A stretch of 64,000 nucleotides of DNA from Octopus sinensis. Taxonomy: Eukaryota. Below are positions 49,627 to 61,650 of the stretch, piece by piece. The stretch's first letter is position 1, and each line of letters opens with the position of its first letter. The position numbers and the translations under genes are program-made. The notes under the pieces are model-generated. The model was given only the letters and a program-made list of their open reading frames with translations, ran no database searches and had not been told where the DNA came from. The stretch is taken from NCBI RefSeq assembly GCF_006345805.1, contig NC_042997.1:199764001-199828000 (forward strand). The letters are read 5' to 3'.

Positions 49627-50699
49627 ACCTTATATTTGAAGATTAATACAAATCCAAAATACTAATTCTGCATTATAACAATATTATTTAATTTTGATAT
49701 AGTGTTGTATGATTTAAACTTCACTGTTCATGTATACTGTTTAAAAGTTACATAATTTTCAAACATTATTTAGCAACTAGAATGTCATTTGTGATATGAC
49801 ATTCAACATTGAACATATACTTTTGCTACCAAGGGTAATATCAGTAAATAAGGTATGCATAAAATAATTATGATTTAATTTTTATCAAGTTTCTAAGTGC
49901 TTATACAAAGAGATGAAACAAGCAGTAATTTTTCAGAGGAAAATGTTACCTTAAAAAATAATTAAAAGAAACAAATTTTGCATTTGCAATTACTTTTCTA
50001 GATTTTATCAGCATAATGACAATTATACTCTGGTGAAAGCTTACTCAGCAAAATTTCATTTAAAAATAGATACATTTTAAAAATAGTTTTAAGATTTAAA
50101 GTAGGTAAGAGAGCATCAAACTGTAATTATACTTCTCTTTCTCACACACACACGACATGTTAATTTGCAACTTGATAACTCATTTTCAAATGTAAATAAA
50201 AATATTGGTGATTTTACAAAAGAAGGATTTGAGGGCATTCCTTTACTCATTGTCTGAAACCAAGCCTAGAATGTGCATTCATACTTCACATCTCTTATTT
50301 TACTCTCTCTCTCTCCCCCACTCTGCACAATATAAACCATGACTGAAGAAATCAATCAACCAGCATTTATACCAAATATTTTTAATTAGAGATAAGGTGA
50401 TGAGCTGTCAGAACTGCTAACATTCCAAGCAAAGTATTTAGCAGTATTTGTGCTAAAATTTGAAGCCATTATTACATAACTTTTTTTCAAATATCCTATC
50501 TCTAACTTCTTTAAAATAGGTGCAGACATTGCTGTGCAGGTAAGAAGATTATTTTCCAATTATGTGCTTTCAATTTCAGTTCTATTGCATGAAACTTTAG
50601 GCAAGTATCAACCAAAGGCACTTGAGTGTATTTGCTAAGCAGATACTGAAAGAAGCCTGTCTCATGTGCACACATATGACTCTGCACTATGGAAAATGA

Positions 50700-51451
50700 G
50701 TGCTTTCAGCAATGTGCAACTTGATTTCGAGCCAGGTCGTCTGCTGCTGGAGAGGACCGATCAGGTAAAGGACCTGGGTATCTTGGTGGATTCCTCCTTT
50801 TCGCCTTCGGCCCAGTGCGTCCGTGCTGCCAACAAAGCACGCGGAATTCTGTTCTTGATTCGACGGTCATTTGGAATGCTCACAGCAGCCATATTCCTAC
50901 CACTCTATGTCACGCTGGTGAGACCCATATTGGAGTATGGGATTCAAGCCTCTTCTCCTTATCTCCTCAAAGACATACAGCATCTCGAAAGAGTCCAGAA
51001 GCTGGCTACCCGCATGGTTCATGGTCTCAAAAATTTGTCCTACGAAGAAAGGCTGAGGACGCTCGACCTTTATTCTCTTGAAAAACGCCGCCGCCGTGGT
51101 GATCTCATTCTTGCCCACAATATCATAAGCGGAAAGTGTAACCTCTCAAAAGAGCTGTTCTTCACTCCTGCTCCAGAGCGTCAGCTGCGGGGTCATTCCG
51201 AAAAGCTCTACCTGCGACGATTTCATCTCAATTGAAGGAGAGGAGCTTTCTCCGTCCGGGTTGCGGATCCGTGGAACAAGCTGCCAGACGAGATGGTGAA
51301 GATGCCGACGACCGCTTTGTTCAAAGCCTCCCTGGACCTCAAGTGGCCTGAACTCTTTACATGAACACCACCCTGTACTTAACTCCATGTCCCCCTACAT
51401 GGCCTTGCTATTTGCTTTTGAGCCAAATTAACTAACTAACTAACTAACTAA
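50700..51451 (+). mobile_element. 5'-truncated CR1-clade LINE of a second, GC-richer family, (CTAA)n tail
   Basis: VKDLGILVD...LYVTLVRPILEY...ERVQKLATRMV...RRRRGDLI...LRGH...(TGA at 51233-51235)...FSVRVADPWNKLP...FKASLD, final stop 51362-51364; ~50% GC in sampled lines; tail (TAAC)n at 51429-51451. Confidence 0.9.
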
Positions 51452-52300
51452 TGCATCACCAATCCATACTGTATGTTGACCTAAAAAAAAAAAAAAATAA
51501 TAATAAAATAACTGCCTCTTTGCTCAGCTCTTGTCTTTATTGACACAGAAATCACTGATACAAAAGTATCAGTGATGGGCAGGACACTGATTCTCTCTTA
51601 AATTAAATTGCTCCTCTCATATAAATGTAGAGGCAATAAACTGACTACATCACATGCCCTCTAATTATCAATTGACTGTAAAGAAAAATTGAGAATCTGA
51701 CTGAAGTATATATACGTAATATCTGTTTCTTAGTATATTTTATATACAGTTAATTTGGTAGCTTGTACTACAATAAAGCTTTTGAGTAGAATCTGGTCTT
51801 TTCTCACACACTTTACACAGAACATTCTGTTTATCATTACCTTGAGAAATATTTTTAAACAAAAGAACAGGGTATTACAAATTTATATTCATAATTAATT
51901 AGCAAAAAATTTAGCATAAAATTTATATTAAGATTACAAACATGTGGTGTTCATTGATGGCCAGTCAGTCTAAAGGAGATTACCATTTCCATATATTTTG
52001 TGGGATTAGAAGTTTGAAGTTTATAATTGAGGAACAAGGAAGAAGATGCATAGGATATAGATGTTCAATTTATTTTTGTTCTACATATTACAAAGATCTT
52101 AAATTTTTTAGCTGTAGGTAATTATGTATAGCACCATTTCATTCTTATTTGAAATCATCAGTATGACATAATCTGAAGTAAATAAACTAAACTAAATTAA
52201 CATTTATGAAGTGAGAAATTTCTCTGAAATTGGTAAATAACAAAATCAGCTAGTAAAAGAAACAATTATATATGTAGGTGAAATATTGCTAATATCATTA

Positions 52301-52697
52301 ACTAGCAGTATCGCCCGGCGTTGCTCGGGTTGTAAGGGAAATAACTATATAAGCATTTTTAGAGAGTTATAGCCAAAAAATAGCAAAAAAATGCATTAAA
52401 AATTGAAAAAAAATTAAGGTAAATTTTTTTTTTAAATCGTTGACACATCGTAGATATTTTTAGAGAGTTACTTCCCTTATATAAAAGCGAAAAAATGCAT
52501 TAAAATGGAAAAAAATGATGGTAAATTTTTTTTAAATCGTAGACTCATCGTAGACGCGCGCTAATACCCAGAAGGGCTCGATATGAATCACGACTATAAG
52601 ATACCCGCTTTTGGTTAAACTGCACCGCAAAATGTGGGAGTAGTTACGAATCTAAATCGAAGGGGACAAACACACAACTTCACTCTTATATAAAGAT
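52301..52697 (+). mobile_element. Non-autonomous Helitron/Helentron (DINE-1/Lep1-like) element
   Basis: 5' ACTAGCAGTATCGCCCGGCGTTGCTCGGG with subterminal hairpin CCCGG/CGAGC..TCGGG; internal tandem duplication (about 52345-52430 vs 52455-52540); 3' ...ACAAACACACAACTTCACTCTTATATAAAGAT. Confidence 0.65.
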
Positions 52698-53022
52698 GCT
52701 TTTTTTTTTCAGTCATAGAGTTAGATTTATGAAGGTCTTCAGTAGAAAATCCTTCGAGATCTGACTCGCTGCTTGATATAATGAAATTCGTATCCATTTT
52801 TTGTCAGAATTACAAATTTTGAAAACACAATAGGAACAAATTTCGGAAAAAAATCTCCCATAATTCACGGAATTAAAATTACACTTCGATTTTTGTACAA
52901 AACTGTATTTGAAGTGTTTACGAAGTATAATACGTGTTTTCACGAATGTACTAAAGAGATTTACTCTGATATTCTCATTTAAATATGAATAGGTAAATTC
53001 GGGCGGTTTGGTAACGAAAGGG
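52698..53022 (-). mobile_element. 5' end of a piggyBac-type element related to 3687-4726
   Basis: Reverse complement starts CCCTTTCGTTACCAAACCGCCCGAATTTACCTATTCATATTTAAATGAGAATATCAGAG, colinear with 3687-3950; ORF start MDTNFIISSSESDLEGF at 52797. Confidence 0.82.
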
Positions 53023-53486
53023 TTTATATAAGTGTCGTCTGTTTATACATAAACACTGTTTCATACTTTCAGTTTAGTCTTCCTCAAATCACTGTCGCTA
53101 ATTTACTCTCTTCCAAGAACATTTTCACTCACTTTTATCTGTTAGCTTCCCATACATTTTACTCATGTATCTATCAGCGTGATAGACAGAAACAACAAAT
53201 CACTCTGTCGCTATTTACTTTCATTTTATTCGTTGCCCACTGTGTGTGTGCGTTTGCGTGTGGTGTAAACCAGACTAAGAAAAACATTTGACACACACAC
53301 CAGAATGTGAGTTTTGTGTAAATTTTGCTTAATTGGAGTTTAAATTTTAAAAACTGGACCTGGTATGACGCGATGCATTGTACTCTTAAAAATGCTAGGT
53401 AAATTGTAATTGAAGAAATCCTATATTGTAGATTTCTATAACTCCCAAAGGGAGGCAGATAAAATCTGCCTTTTATAATAAGAGAT
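53023..53486 (+). mobile_element. 3' part of a second DINE/Helitron-like element
   Basis: Ends GGAGGCAGATAAAATCTGCCTTTTATAATAAGAGAT (subterminal hairpin GGCAGAT/ATCTGCC plus an AT-rich ...AGAT end like 52697). Confidence 0.45.
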
Positions 53487-53649
53487 AAATGAGTAATGTG
53501 ACTTTCTGTGAAATATATTATTTTGTATATGGGGCCTGTGAGCCAGGGGTGAAGTCACAAGAGCTAAGGTGAGTGGGGGTGATGGGGTTAACAATCCACA
53601 GACTTCTGGCATTGGTGATGGGAGGAAGGCACATTGCAAGTAAGTGATC

Positions 53650-54440
53650 CATGAGTTTTGTGGATCACTTATGCAGTTTGATCAGAATGCCAAGAAAGAT
53701 AAGAGAGAGATAGAACATAGAACACAAAGAGATGAAAGTAAGAAAACAGAGATGATCCTCAACTTTTGTGGATAACAGAGAGAGTGAGAGAGATAAGTAG
53801 GAAAAAATATGGTGAAAGAAGAAAAATGTTGCATAAAGTGCATAATTAGATCTGTGCATAATAGTACAATAATAAAATAATGAAGTTTGAGAATGAATGA
53901 ATGAATGAATGGAGGCTATTTAGAAGAGGGAAGGAAAGTAAAAGGTTTATCTGAATATTTTCATTATCATCACATATGCTCTTTCGATAGAGATGCCAAG
54001 AGAGATAAAGAGCACCTAAAACATATCTATATAGGGACAAAAATAAGAAAATGAAAACAATCCTCGAGTTTTGTGAACAAAAGAGAAAACCCGATAGGAA
54101 AATACATGGTCAAAGAGGAGAAAAAGGTATATACAATGAGTAATTAGACAAGCTCCTAACTGAGACATTAATAAAATAATGAAGTTAAAAAATGAATAAT
54201 AAATGACTGGAAGTTATTTAGAAGAAGAAGGAATGTTAGAGAACTGCTTATCTGACTTTCTCTATTATCATAACATATACTGTTTGAGGGGGATTCCAAG
54301 AATGATATGAGATATAATTCATGTAAAATATATAGTGACAACAGTAAGAAAACAGAAACAATCTTCAAGTTTTGTGGATAACAGAATTAGAGAGAGATAG
54401 GTATGAAAAAGCATGATGAAAGAAGTTATGTTAGATGTAC
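53650..54440. repeat. Degenerate tandem repeat, ~302-bp unit, ~2.5 copies
   Basis: ATCCTC(A/G)A(C/G)TTTTGTG(G/A)A recurs near 53755, 54059 and 54361; AATAAAATAATGAAGTT..TATTTAGAAGA near 53870 and 54170. Confidence 0.65.
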
Positions 54441-54699
54441 ACATCTGCACAATATGTGACATTATTTAAGAGGATTTCTTCCCAGTATCAGTTTTCTAGC
54501 TTTAACATTTCCTCTCAAAGAAACTGAAGAAATCCTCAACCTAAATTTTCTTTAATACTATTTCACTAATATTCTTCACCTAAAATTTAGTATCCATTTA
54601 GTTTTTCTTATTGTTGCCAGGCTCAGTTTAAAATCAAGAAAATTTAGAGCCAAAGTAGATTACAATATATCAAAAGAATTAGGTTTTCAACTATGTTTA

Positions 54700-54875
54700 A
54701 ATGCATGTGTATTTGTGCACATCTGAGTGTTGTGTGTGCAGGTCTGTTATGTATGCACATGTGATGTGCATGTGGCATGCACATGCATGTTATGTGCAAG
54801 TGTGATATGTGCATGCATGGTGTGTACATGCATGTCGTATGAATGTGCATGTGTGTGGTGTGCAAGTGTGTGTAT
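54700..54875. repeat. Alternating purine/pyrimidine low-complexity tract (TGCA/TGTG/CATG)
   Basis: Directly visible. Confidence 0.8.
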
Positions 54876-55343
54876 CAAGAAATAAGCCCCTACCAAACCC
54901 AGGAGAGACCCAGAATGGTGTCCAGCTCCAATATCTGAGAAAATGCAAACATAAAAACAAAATCATCCACCTGATAGGTTGGCATGAAGTCACTCCACTG
55001 TACACTTCAATCTTCATTGTCTTTTCCTGCCTCCATGCCTACCACTGCTAATCAAAGCTCACTTATAACAACTCTACTCAGAGTCTCCTCAATACCCATA
55101 TTGTGATCACCAACATCTTTGCACTATGTTACACACAATCTTTCTTCCCAATAATGTTGGTCTAGAAATCCACCTAAAGTAGAGTATTAGTGTCAATCTT
55201 TGAGCATCCTTGCCAGAAGCACCTCACCATCTCCAGTCTATCCCCAATTCAAAAATAAAAACAATAGAAAAAGGTTCAATATAAGCTAAATTTCTTTGAA
55301 AATGCATCTTCAATGTAAATCATATTTTAAAAGAATGCTTTAA

Positions 55344-55564
55344 CCCTTTATCATTCAAATTACTCTGTGAAATGTAATGTTTATTTATTCACATCGTTTT
55401 GAATCAATCATGCATTATCTCATAACACTAAGATTTAGACAATGTGAATGTTTATTTTTAAAATGAAATTGTAGGGAAGATGTGAAAGACCAAATCTAGC
55501 TGGTTTGAACATAAAAACACGTAGAATATTAGGGCAAGATATGATTGGTTTAAAAGCTAAAGAA
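55344..55564. mobile_element. Degenerate copy of the ~210-bp TTAA MITE
   Basis: TTAA-CCCTTTATCATTC ... GCTAAAGAA-TTAA; shares AATCATGCATTATCTCATA and TTTGAACATAAAA with 34799-35006. Confidence 0.7.
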
Positions 55565-55650
55565 TTAAAGAGTACTTTTAATATAAGCTTAATATTTTTG
55601 AACACAAGTTACTAGACCAGGTCATAAAAGTTACTGAGAGAGTTATAATA

Positions 55651-57885
55651 CAACTGATTAAGAAAAAAATTAAACTAGATGAGATGCAGTTTGGTTTTAT
55701 GCCTAAGAAGATATCTTCCTTGTGACACAGCTACAAGAAAAGTATTTGGACAAAAGTAAGCCATTGTACTTAGCTTTTGTCGATATGGAGAAGGCTTCTG
55801 ACAAAGTCCCCAACTCTATAATCTGGTGGTCTCTTAGGAGGCTAGGAGTAGAGGAGTGGCTTGTTAGAGCTGTACAAGCCATGTACAGTGATGCTGTTAG
55901 TAAGGTGAGAGTTAGCCCTGAAAACAGTGATGAATCTAGCGTACAGGTAGGAGCCCACCAGGGCTCAGTTCTCAGCCCACTCTTATTCATTATAGTCCTC
56001 CAGGCCATAACAGAGAAATTCAAAACTAGATGCCTACAGGAACTACTTTATTCTGATGACCTCACTCCTATAGCAGAATCTATAACAGAATTGAAGAAAT
56101 TCCAAGTATGGAAACAAAACCTGGAATCAAAGGGCCTTAAAGTTAACCTAGCAAAGATTAAAGTTGTTGTTAGCAAGAAAGAAGATATGACTCTCTTTCT
56201 GTTGGGTAAATGGCCTTGCTCAGTATATAGAGAAGGAGTTGAAATTAATTCCATTCGCTGCACCCAGTGTAAGCTATGGACAAATAACAGATAAATTCAT
56301 CTTTGTGTGTGGCAGATGAGCAGGAACAATAAGCACGAAGAGAACATGGGTCTTAGATTCTCTCAAATGCCCAAGGGGCTCTATTGAGGTTGTAGATAGT
56401 TTCTGTTATCTAGGTGAGCAAATTAACAATGGTGGAAGATGCTCTGAAAGTATTGTTTTTAGAATAACGATAGGATGGAAGAAGTTCAGAGAGATATTAC
56501 CCCTGTTTGCAATAAAAGAACTTTCCATCAGAGTTAAAGGTAGATTGTATGATGCTTGTGTAAGGACGTCTTTACTCCATAGTAGTAAGACATGGGGTCT
56601 GAATGTAGAATACATATAGACTGGCGAGAAATAAAGGCAATATGCTCCATTTGATGTGCAACATCGGTGTGATTGCACAACAAAGTGCAAATGTATAGAG
56701 ATAAAAGTTGGGCATAAAAGGGATCATATGTAGCATGCAAGAGAGAAGACTACGTTGTTTTGGACATGTGATGTATATGAATGAAGACAGCTGTATAAAG
56801 AAGTACCAAGCACTGAAAGTGGATAGTACCCATGGAAGAGGGTGACCCAGGAACATATCAGATAAAGTGGTGCAGACCGATCTCAAGAGGTTGGGCCTCA
56901 TGAAGAAAATGATAATGGACCAAGAAGTGATATGAGGTTCTTGAAAAGACCTGCCCACGTCAACAAACCTGAGTTGTAGAAACACTGTTTTCCACCCACA
57001 TGTAACAATAAGACTTTTCACACAAACCAAACTACATCTCTTCTCTTCCTCACATTTCCTCTTTCATGCATTATGCTCATTTCTCACTCCCCAATCCTGT
57101 CCTCACTGTACTACTCACAGTATCATTGCTATCCAGTAGACCCCCATCCCCTCTATATACCCAGGTTTTCAGTCACTGCATTCCACAACCCCACTCTCTA
57201 CTCACACTATTTTTGGCGATGCCCTGCCACTTATATATGACCTCCATACCCTATGAGCGTGCCCTGGCACATGCCACCATCTATCTTTTTCTTCCTTTAT
57301 TAATCTATTTATTTTCTGATCCCCATCTCTTTTAAGTATGCCCAACACTTCATCTCTCTCCTGCTCTCTCTTGCACTCTTGCTGTCTCCCACTCTCTCTC
57401 TCTCCTTCTCTTGCTCTTCCCTCTGGCTGGGCAACCATGTATCTCCTTTACAGCAGCATACCCGTTTTCATCCTCACTTTTGATCACATTCTCCCTCTCT
57501 GGCCAGGTAACCATATATCTCTCCTACACAAGATCACTTCCTCCAATGTCCCCTCCTCTCTTAAAGTATCTTTGTCTTGCAAGTTACTTGGTGATCCTGC
57601 CAGTGCTGGTGCCACATAAAAAGCATCCGGTCCATACCATAAAGTGGGTGGCATTTGGAAGGGCATCAAACTGTAAAAACCATGCCAAACTGACCTGCCT
57701 TGTGTTCATGCCACATGAAAAGCACCCAGTTCACATAGTTGGATGGTTGGTGTTAGGAAGAGCATCCAATAATAAAAAGCATGCCAAAGCGAACACATAA
57801 GTCTGGTGCAGTCTTCTGCCTCACCAGCTCCAGTCAACCTGTTCAACCCACGCCAGCATAAAGTAGACATTAAACAATGATGATG
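55651..57885 (+). mobile_element. 5'-truncated, decayed RTE-clade LINE (RT region, long CT-rich 3' UTR, (GAT)n tail)
   Basis: QLQEKYLDKSKPLYLAFVDMEKASD...GAHQGSVLSPLLFIIVL...LLYSDDL...LKVNLAKIK, then relics FCYLG and RRLRCFGHV; 3' end GGAAGAGCATCC...GTAGACATTAAACAATGATGATG. Confidence 0.88.
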
Positions 57886-58394
57886 AATCCTGTATGAATC
57901 AATATATTCCTTTATTTTACATTGAGCTATAATAATACAGTGTATGTTATTAATCATAAAATCTACGACATTAAAGATATGTAAAATCCAGTTATATGAA
58001 ATATTTAATGTCAAAATCTATTGCATTCTCCTATATCTAAAAGATGGATTAGTTTTCAAAAACATTAAAAAAAAACCTATTGATTAAAGATCAGAAAATA
58101 TATATGAAAGCAGAGTTATATCATACACTAGAGAAAACAAATTTATAGAAAAATAATTAATTAAAATTTGAAGATGTCTTTTTGATGGCACTAACATTCT
58201 AATTAGTGTTAGATAATGATCTTTTAAATAACACAGGAAAATGCTCAGAGGTATATTCCATCTAATTTTTATCCACTATTTTTTCCACATCCTATGCAAT
58301 AATTTATGTTTTTATAAGATAATTTTTTAATAAAGTATTTAAGAACAAAGGCTACCAATTTCATTAAAGAAACTAGAAGATAATTATCTTATGA

Positions 58395-58925
58395 CTGGTG
58401 CGATTGTTGCTCAGTGTTTGTGAGTGAGTGACTGTTGCTCTATTCAAGTGATTGAGTGATTGTTGCTTAGCACAAGCAAGTGAATGATAACTGCTCAGTG
58501 TGTGTGAGTGACTGTTGCACAGTGTGAGTGAGAGTGATTGTTGCTCAGTGTCAGTAAGTGATTGTTGCTTAACATGAGTGAGGGATTGTTTCTCATGAGT
58601 GAACAAGTGATTGTTGTTCAGCATGAGTGAGTGAGTGATTGTTGCTCAGCATGCGTGAATGTTGCTCAGCATGAGTGAGTGTTGCTCAGAATGAGGGAGT
58701 GAGTGATTGTTGCTCAGCATGTATGAGTGAGTGATTGTTGCTCAGCATGCCTGAGTGATTGTTGCTCAGCATGCGTGAGTGAATGACTGTTGCTCAGAAT
58801 GAGGGAGTGAGTGATTGTTTCTCAGTGCGAGTGAATGAATGACTGTTGCTTAGCGTATCAGAGAGTGAGTAACTGCTGTTTAGTGAGTGAGCAATTTCTG
58901 TTCAGTGTCAGCAAATGATTGTTAT
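58395..58925. repeat. Minisatellite, ~24-bp unit GAGTGAGTGATTGTTGCTCAGCAT, about 20 copies
   Basis: Core TTGTTGCTCAG recurs about every 20-30 bp with variable GAGT/GAAT spacers. Confidence 0.9.
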
Positions 58926-59997
58926 TTAATATATACACACATTGCACACATTCTACTAGCACTTACATCTCTTCAAAACTTTTTCAGCATAGTATCCTAG
59001 TCAAGTGCTTTCTTTTATAACCCTAGGCTGATAAGAGTTCTGCGAGTGAATTTTGTAGATAAAAACTGTAAGAAGCCTATCATGATTGTGTGAGGGAGTG
59101 TCTTGACATTTGACTGCTGACATTAAACAAAGTCATTGTTCATACAAAATGGTGTTATTTTCCACCTTCCATGAAAGGATTTAGTAAAATACATTTTCTG
59201 AAGATGCCATGTAATGGAATTGAAGCCAAGACCATGTTAGTTATGCGAAATACATCATAATCACTCTGCCTTATCAGCACACACAAATATATGGTTAGAT
59301 TTTTGTTATTGTTGGTATTGCGAAGATAGCAACGTAACCACCTCTGTTGTACCTGGGATATTTCCAGAAGTTAATGCTTAACCCCAAGTAAACTTACTAC
59401 CTCTCCACTTAGGGATACAACAAGAAGGAAAGACAAGTCAATATGTTTGCAGCACCCATGGAGCTGCAGGGGCTGCAAGACGCTGGTTAGATATAACCAT
59501 ACATATCTGCCTTAGGAACCCATCCCTTGGATTTTCTGTAAGGGTTCATTCCCTTAGCTTTTTTAAATGCTCAAAATAAGGGTTTCTTACAGTGGACACA
59601 TTTTGTGTGGACCCTGTCCCTCTTTCTTGTCCTTTGAACTAGTATTGCTCTGATACAACAAGTACAACAAGATCAGTAGTTACCAGGATGCAGGATTTGT
59701 ATAGAGTTGCCTTCTCTTGTATAATCAACAAAAGAGCTGAAGTGCATCATCTGCCCAGGGTCTGAGGAGGTGTCTGTGAGTGATGATGGCCTGGAAGCAG
59801 TTCCATGGCATGCAAATTATTCCATAGCTAGGACCCTAAACAGGAGCTATAGCTGTGTATCTGAGTAGACTTGGGAACAATAGTGACTAACTAAAAGGGG
59901 GTCCCCACTCCTCAAAACCCTGGAATTAGGAAACCAGGGCCTAACTACTGGATGCAGTTTTAAGTTTAAGTCAAACCTATGACAAATATGTGCGAGC

Positions 59998-60050
59998 ATA
60001 GAGAGAGAGAGAGAGGGAGAGAGAGAGAGAGAGAGAGAGAAAGAAAGAGA
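59998..60050. repeat. (GA)n microsatellite
   Basis: Directly visible. Confidence 0.95.
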
Positions 60051-60339
60051 TGTTATTACCAACATGAAAATAGGTGCACTTGAATTACTCTGTAGTTTTA
60101 CATGAATGTAAACGTTTTATTACATATCATATGAGAACAAAGGAATAAGTAGCAGTTAAAGTATCGGGATTAATAGAATTGACTAAAACTCTTAATGGTA
60201 GTGAGCCAGTATGGCCACTGTCCAATGTCAAGCTTGTAAAAGAATAAAAGATTGTGGAATGACGGTAATGTGTATTTCGAGATAAATATATGGAAGGAGC
60301 TTGAGAATTTACATATAAAATAGAGGCAATTTATTTGCA

Positions 60340-60440
60340 CATATATATAAATATATAAATATATATATATATATAACATACATATATATATATATATATA
60401 TAATATATATATATAAACATACATATATACACACACACAC
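60340..60440. repeat. (TA)n-rich microsatellite
   Basis: Directly visible. Confidence 0.9.
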
Positions 60441-61259
60441 CTTGGCATTCTTAAGCTATAGAATCTTTTAAGCTATTCTTAAGCTATAGAATCTCTTTTG
60501 CATTCTGAAACAGCTAGCATGATTAATGTTTTTCCTGATTGTTTCTCCGAATACTTACAACTTCTTTCACTCTTCCCTCGAAACCTAGCATATGTATAGA
60601 TATTGTGCTCTCTACACCAATCAACTCTTGTAAATTTCTTCTTCATGGCATATCAGCCAACATTAAATGACTGCCTCTTGTTATTCAAGCCAATAGTTGT
60701 TAAGTTTGTTGTCAATTCCATACTAACTACTCCTGATGGTGAGTAAACTGCATTCTCAACTTATTTGGTACAGCCAAGTAAGTGTAAGAAATATACTTCA
60801 AATTCACGGGCAACAGAAGCCTGAAAGCCCATACTGCAGCAAAATCCAAACTATCTTAACACAGAAAGCTTTGCTGTTACACTGACTGAAAGACTATATC
60901 TGGCAGAGATCACTATTGTTATGTGGGAAATATTCGTATAAGGATACACTGGAGAATGCCATTTCTGATATTCCAAAAATTTTAAATGGTTGCCACCACT
61001 GGAATGTTTTCGATCATATGTCTGTTCAATCAGCTCTTACCAGGGCTAAATAGTAAGAAATCAAAACAATATTTCATTGTCCTATCATAATCTGTTAGTA
61101 GCTTAAGTTATTGCTCCATCATGGCCACAGTCTTCGGGGCTGAAATGCTTACAAGAATAAAAGAATAGTTTATAAATAGAAGGCCTCTCTATCTCTAATA
61201 TTTAGAAAGACTACATTTCTCATAAAAAAAAAAAAGGCCAGATTTATTTGCAGAACCAA

Positions 61260-61650
61260 AGCACAGGTGTGGCTGTGTGGTAAGAAGCTTGCCTCCCAAC
61301 CGCATGGTTCTGGGTTCAGTCCTACTGCATGGTACCTTGGGCAAGTGTCTCCTACTCTAATCTTGGGTTGACCAAAGCTTTGCAAGTGAATTTGGCAGAT
61401 GGAAACTGAAAGAAACCCATCATATGTGTGTATGTGTGTGTGTGCAATTTTCCCCACACCACTGCTTGACAACTGATGTTGGTTTGCTTATGTCCCTATA
61501 ATTTAGTGGTTTGGTAAAACAGACAAATAGAATAAGTACTAAGGTCTAAAAAACATAACTACTAGTATCAATTCATTTGATTAAAAATTTGTCAAGGCGA
61601 TGCACCAGCATGGCTACAGTCTAATGATCAAAACAAATAAAAGGCATAAG
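61260..61650 (+). mobile_element. CORE-SINE, tail type A
   Basis: GCACAGGTGTGGCTGTGTGGTAAGAAGC...CTTGGGCAAGTGTC...CACCAGCATGGCTACAGTCTAATGA. Confidence 0.85.

Noticed and set aside
58395-58925. CRISPR-like repeat/spacer appearance
   Set aside because: The spacers are slippage variants of one motif, the context is eukaryotic, and there are no cas genes.
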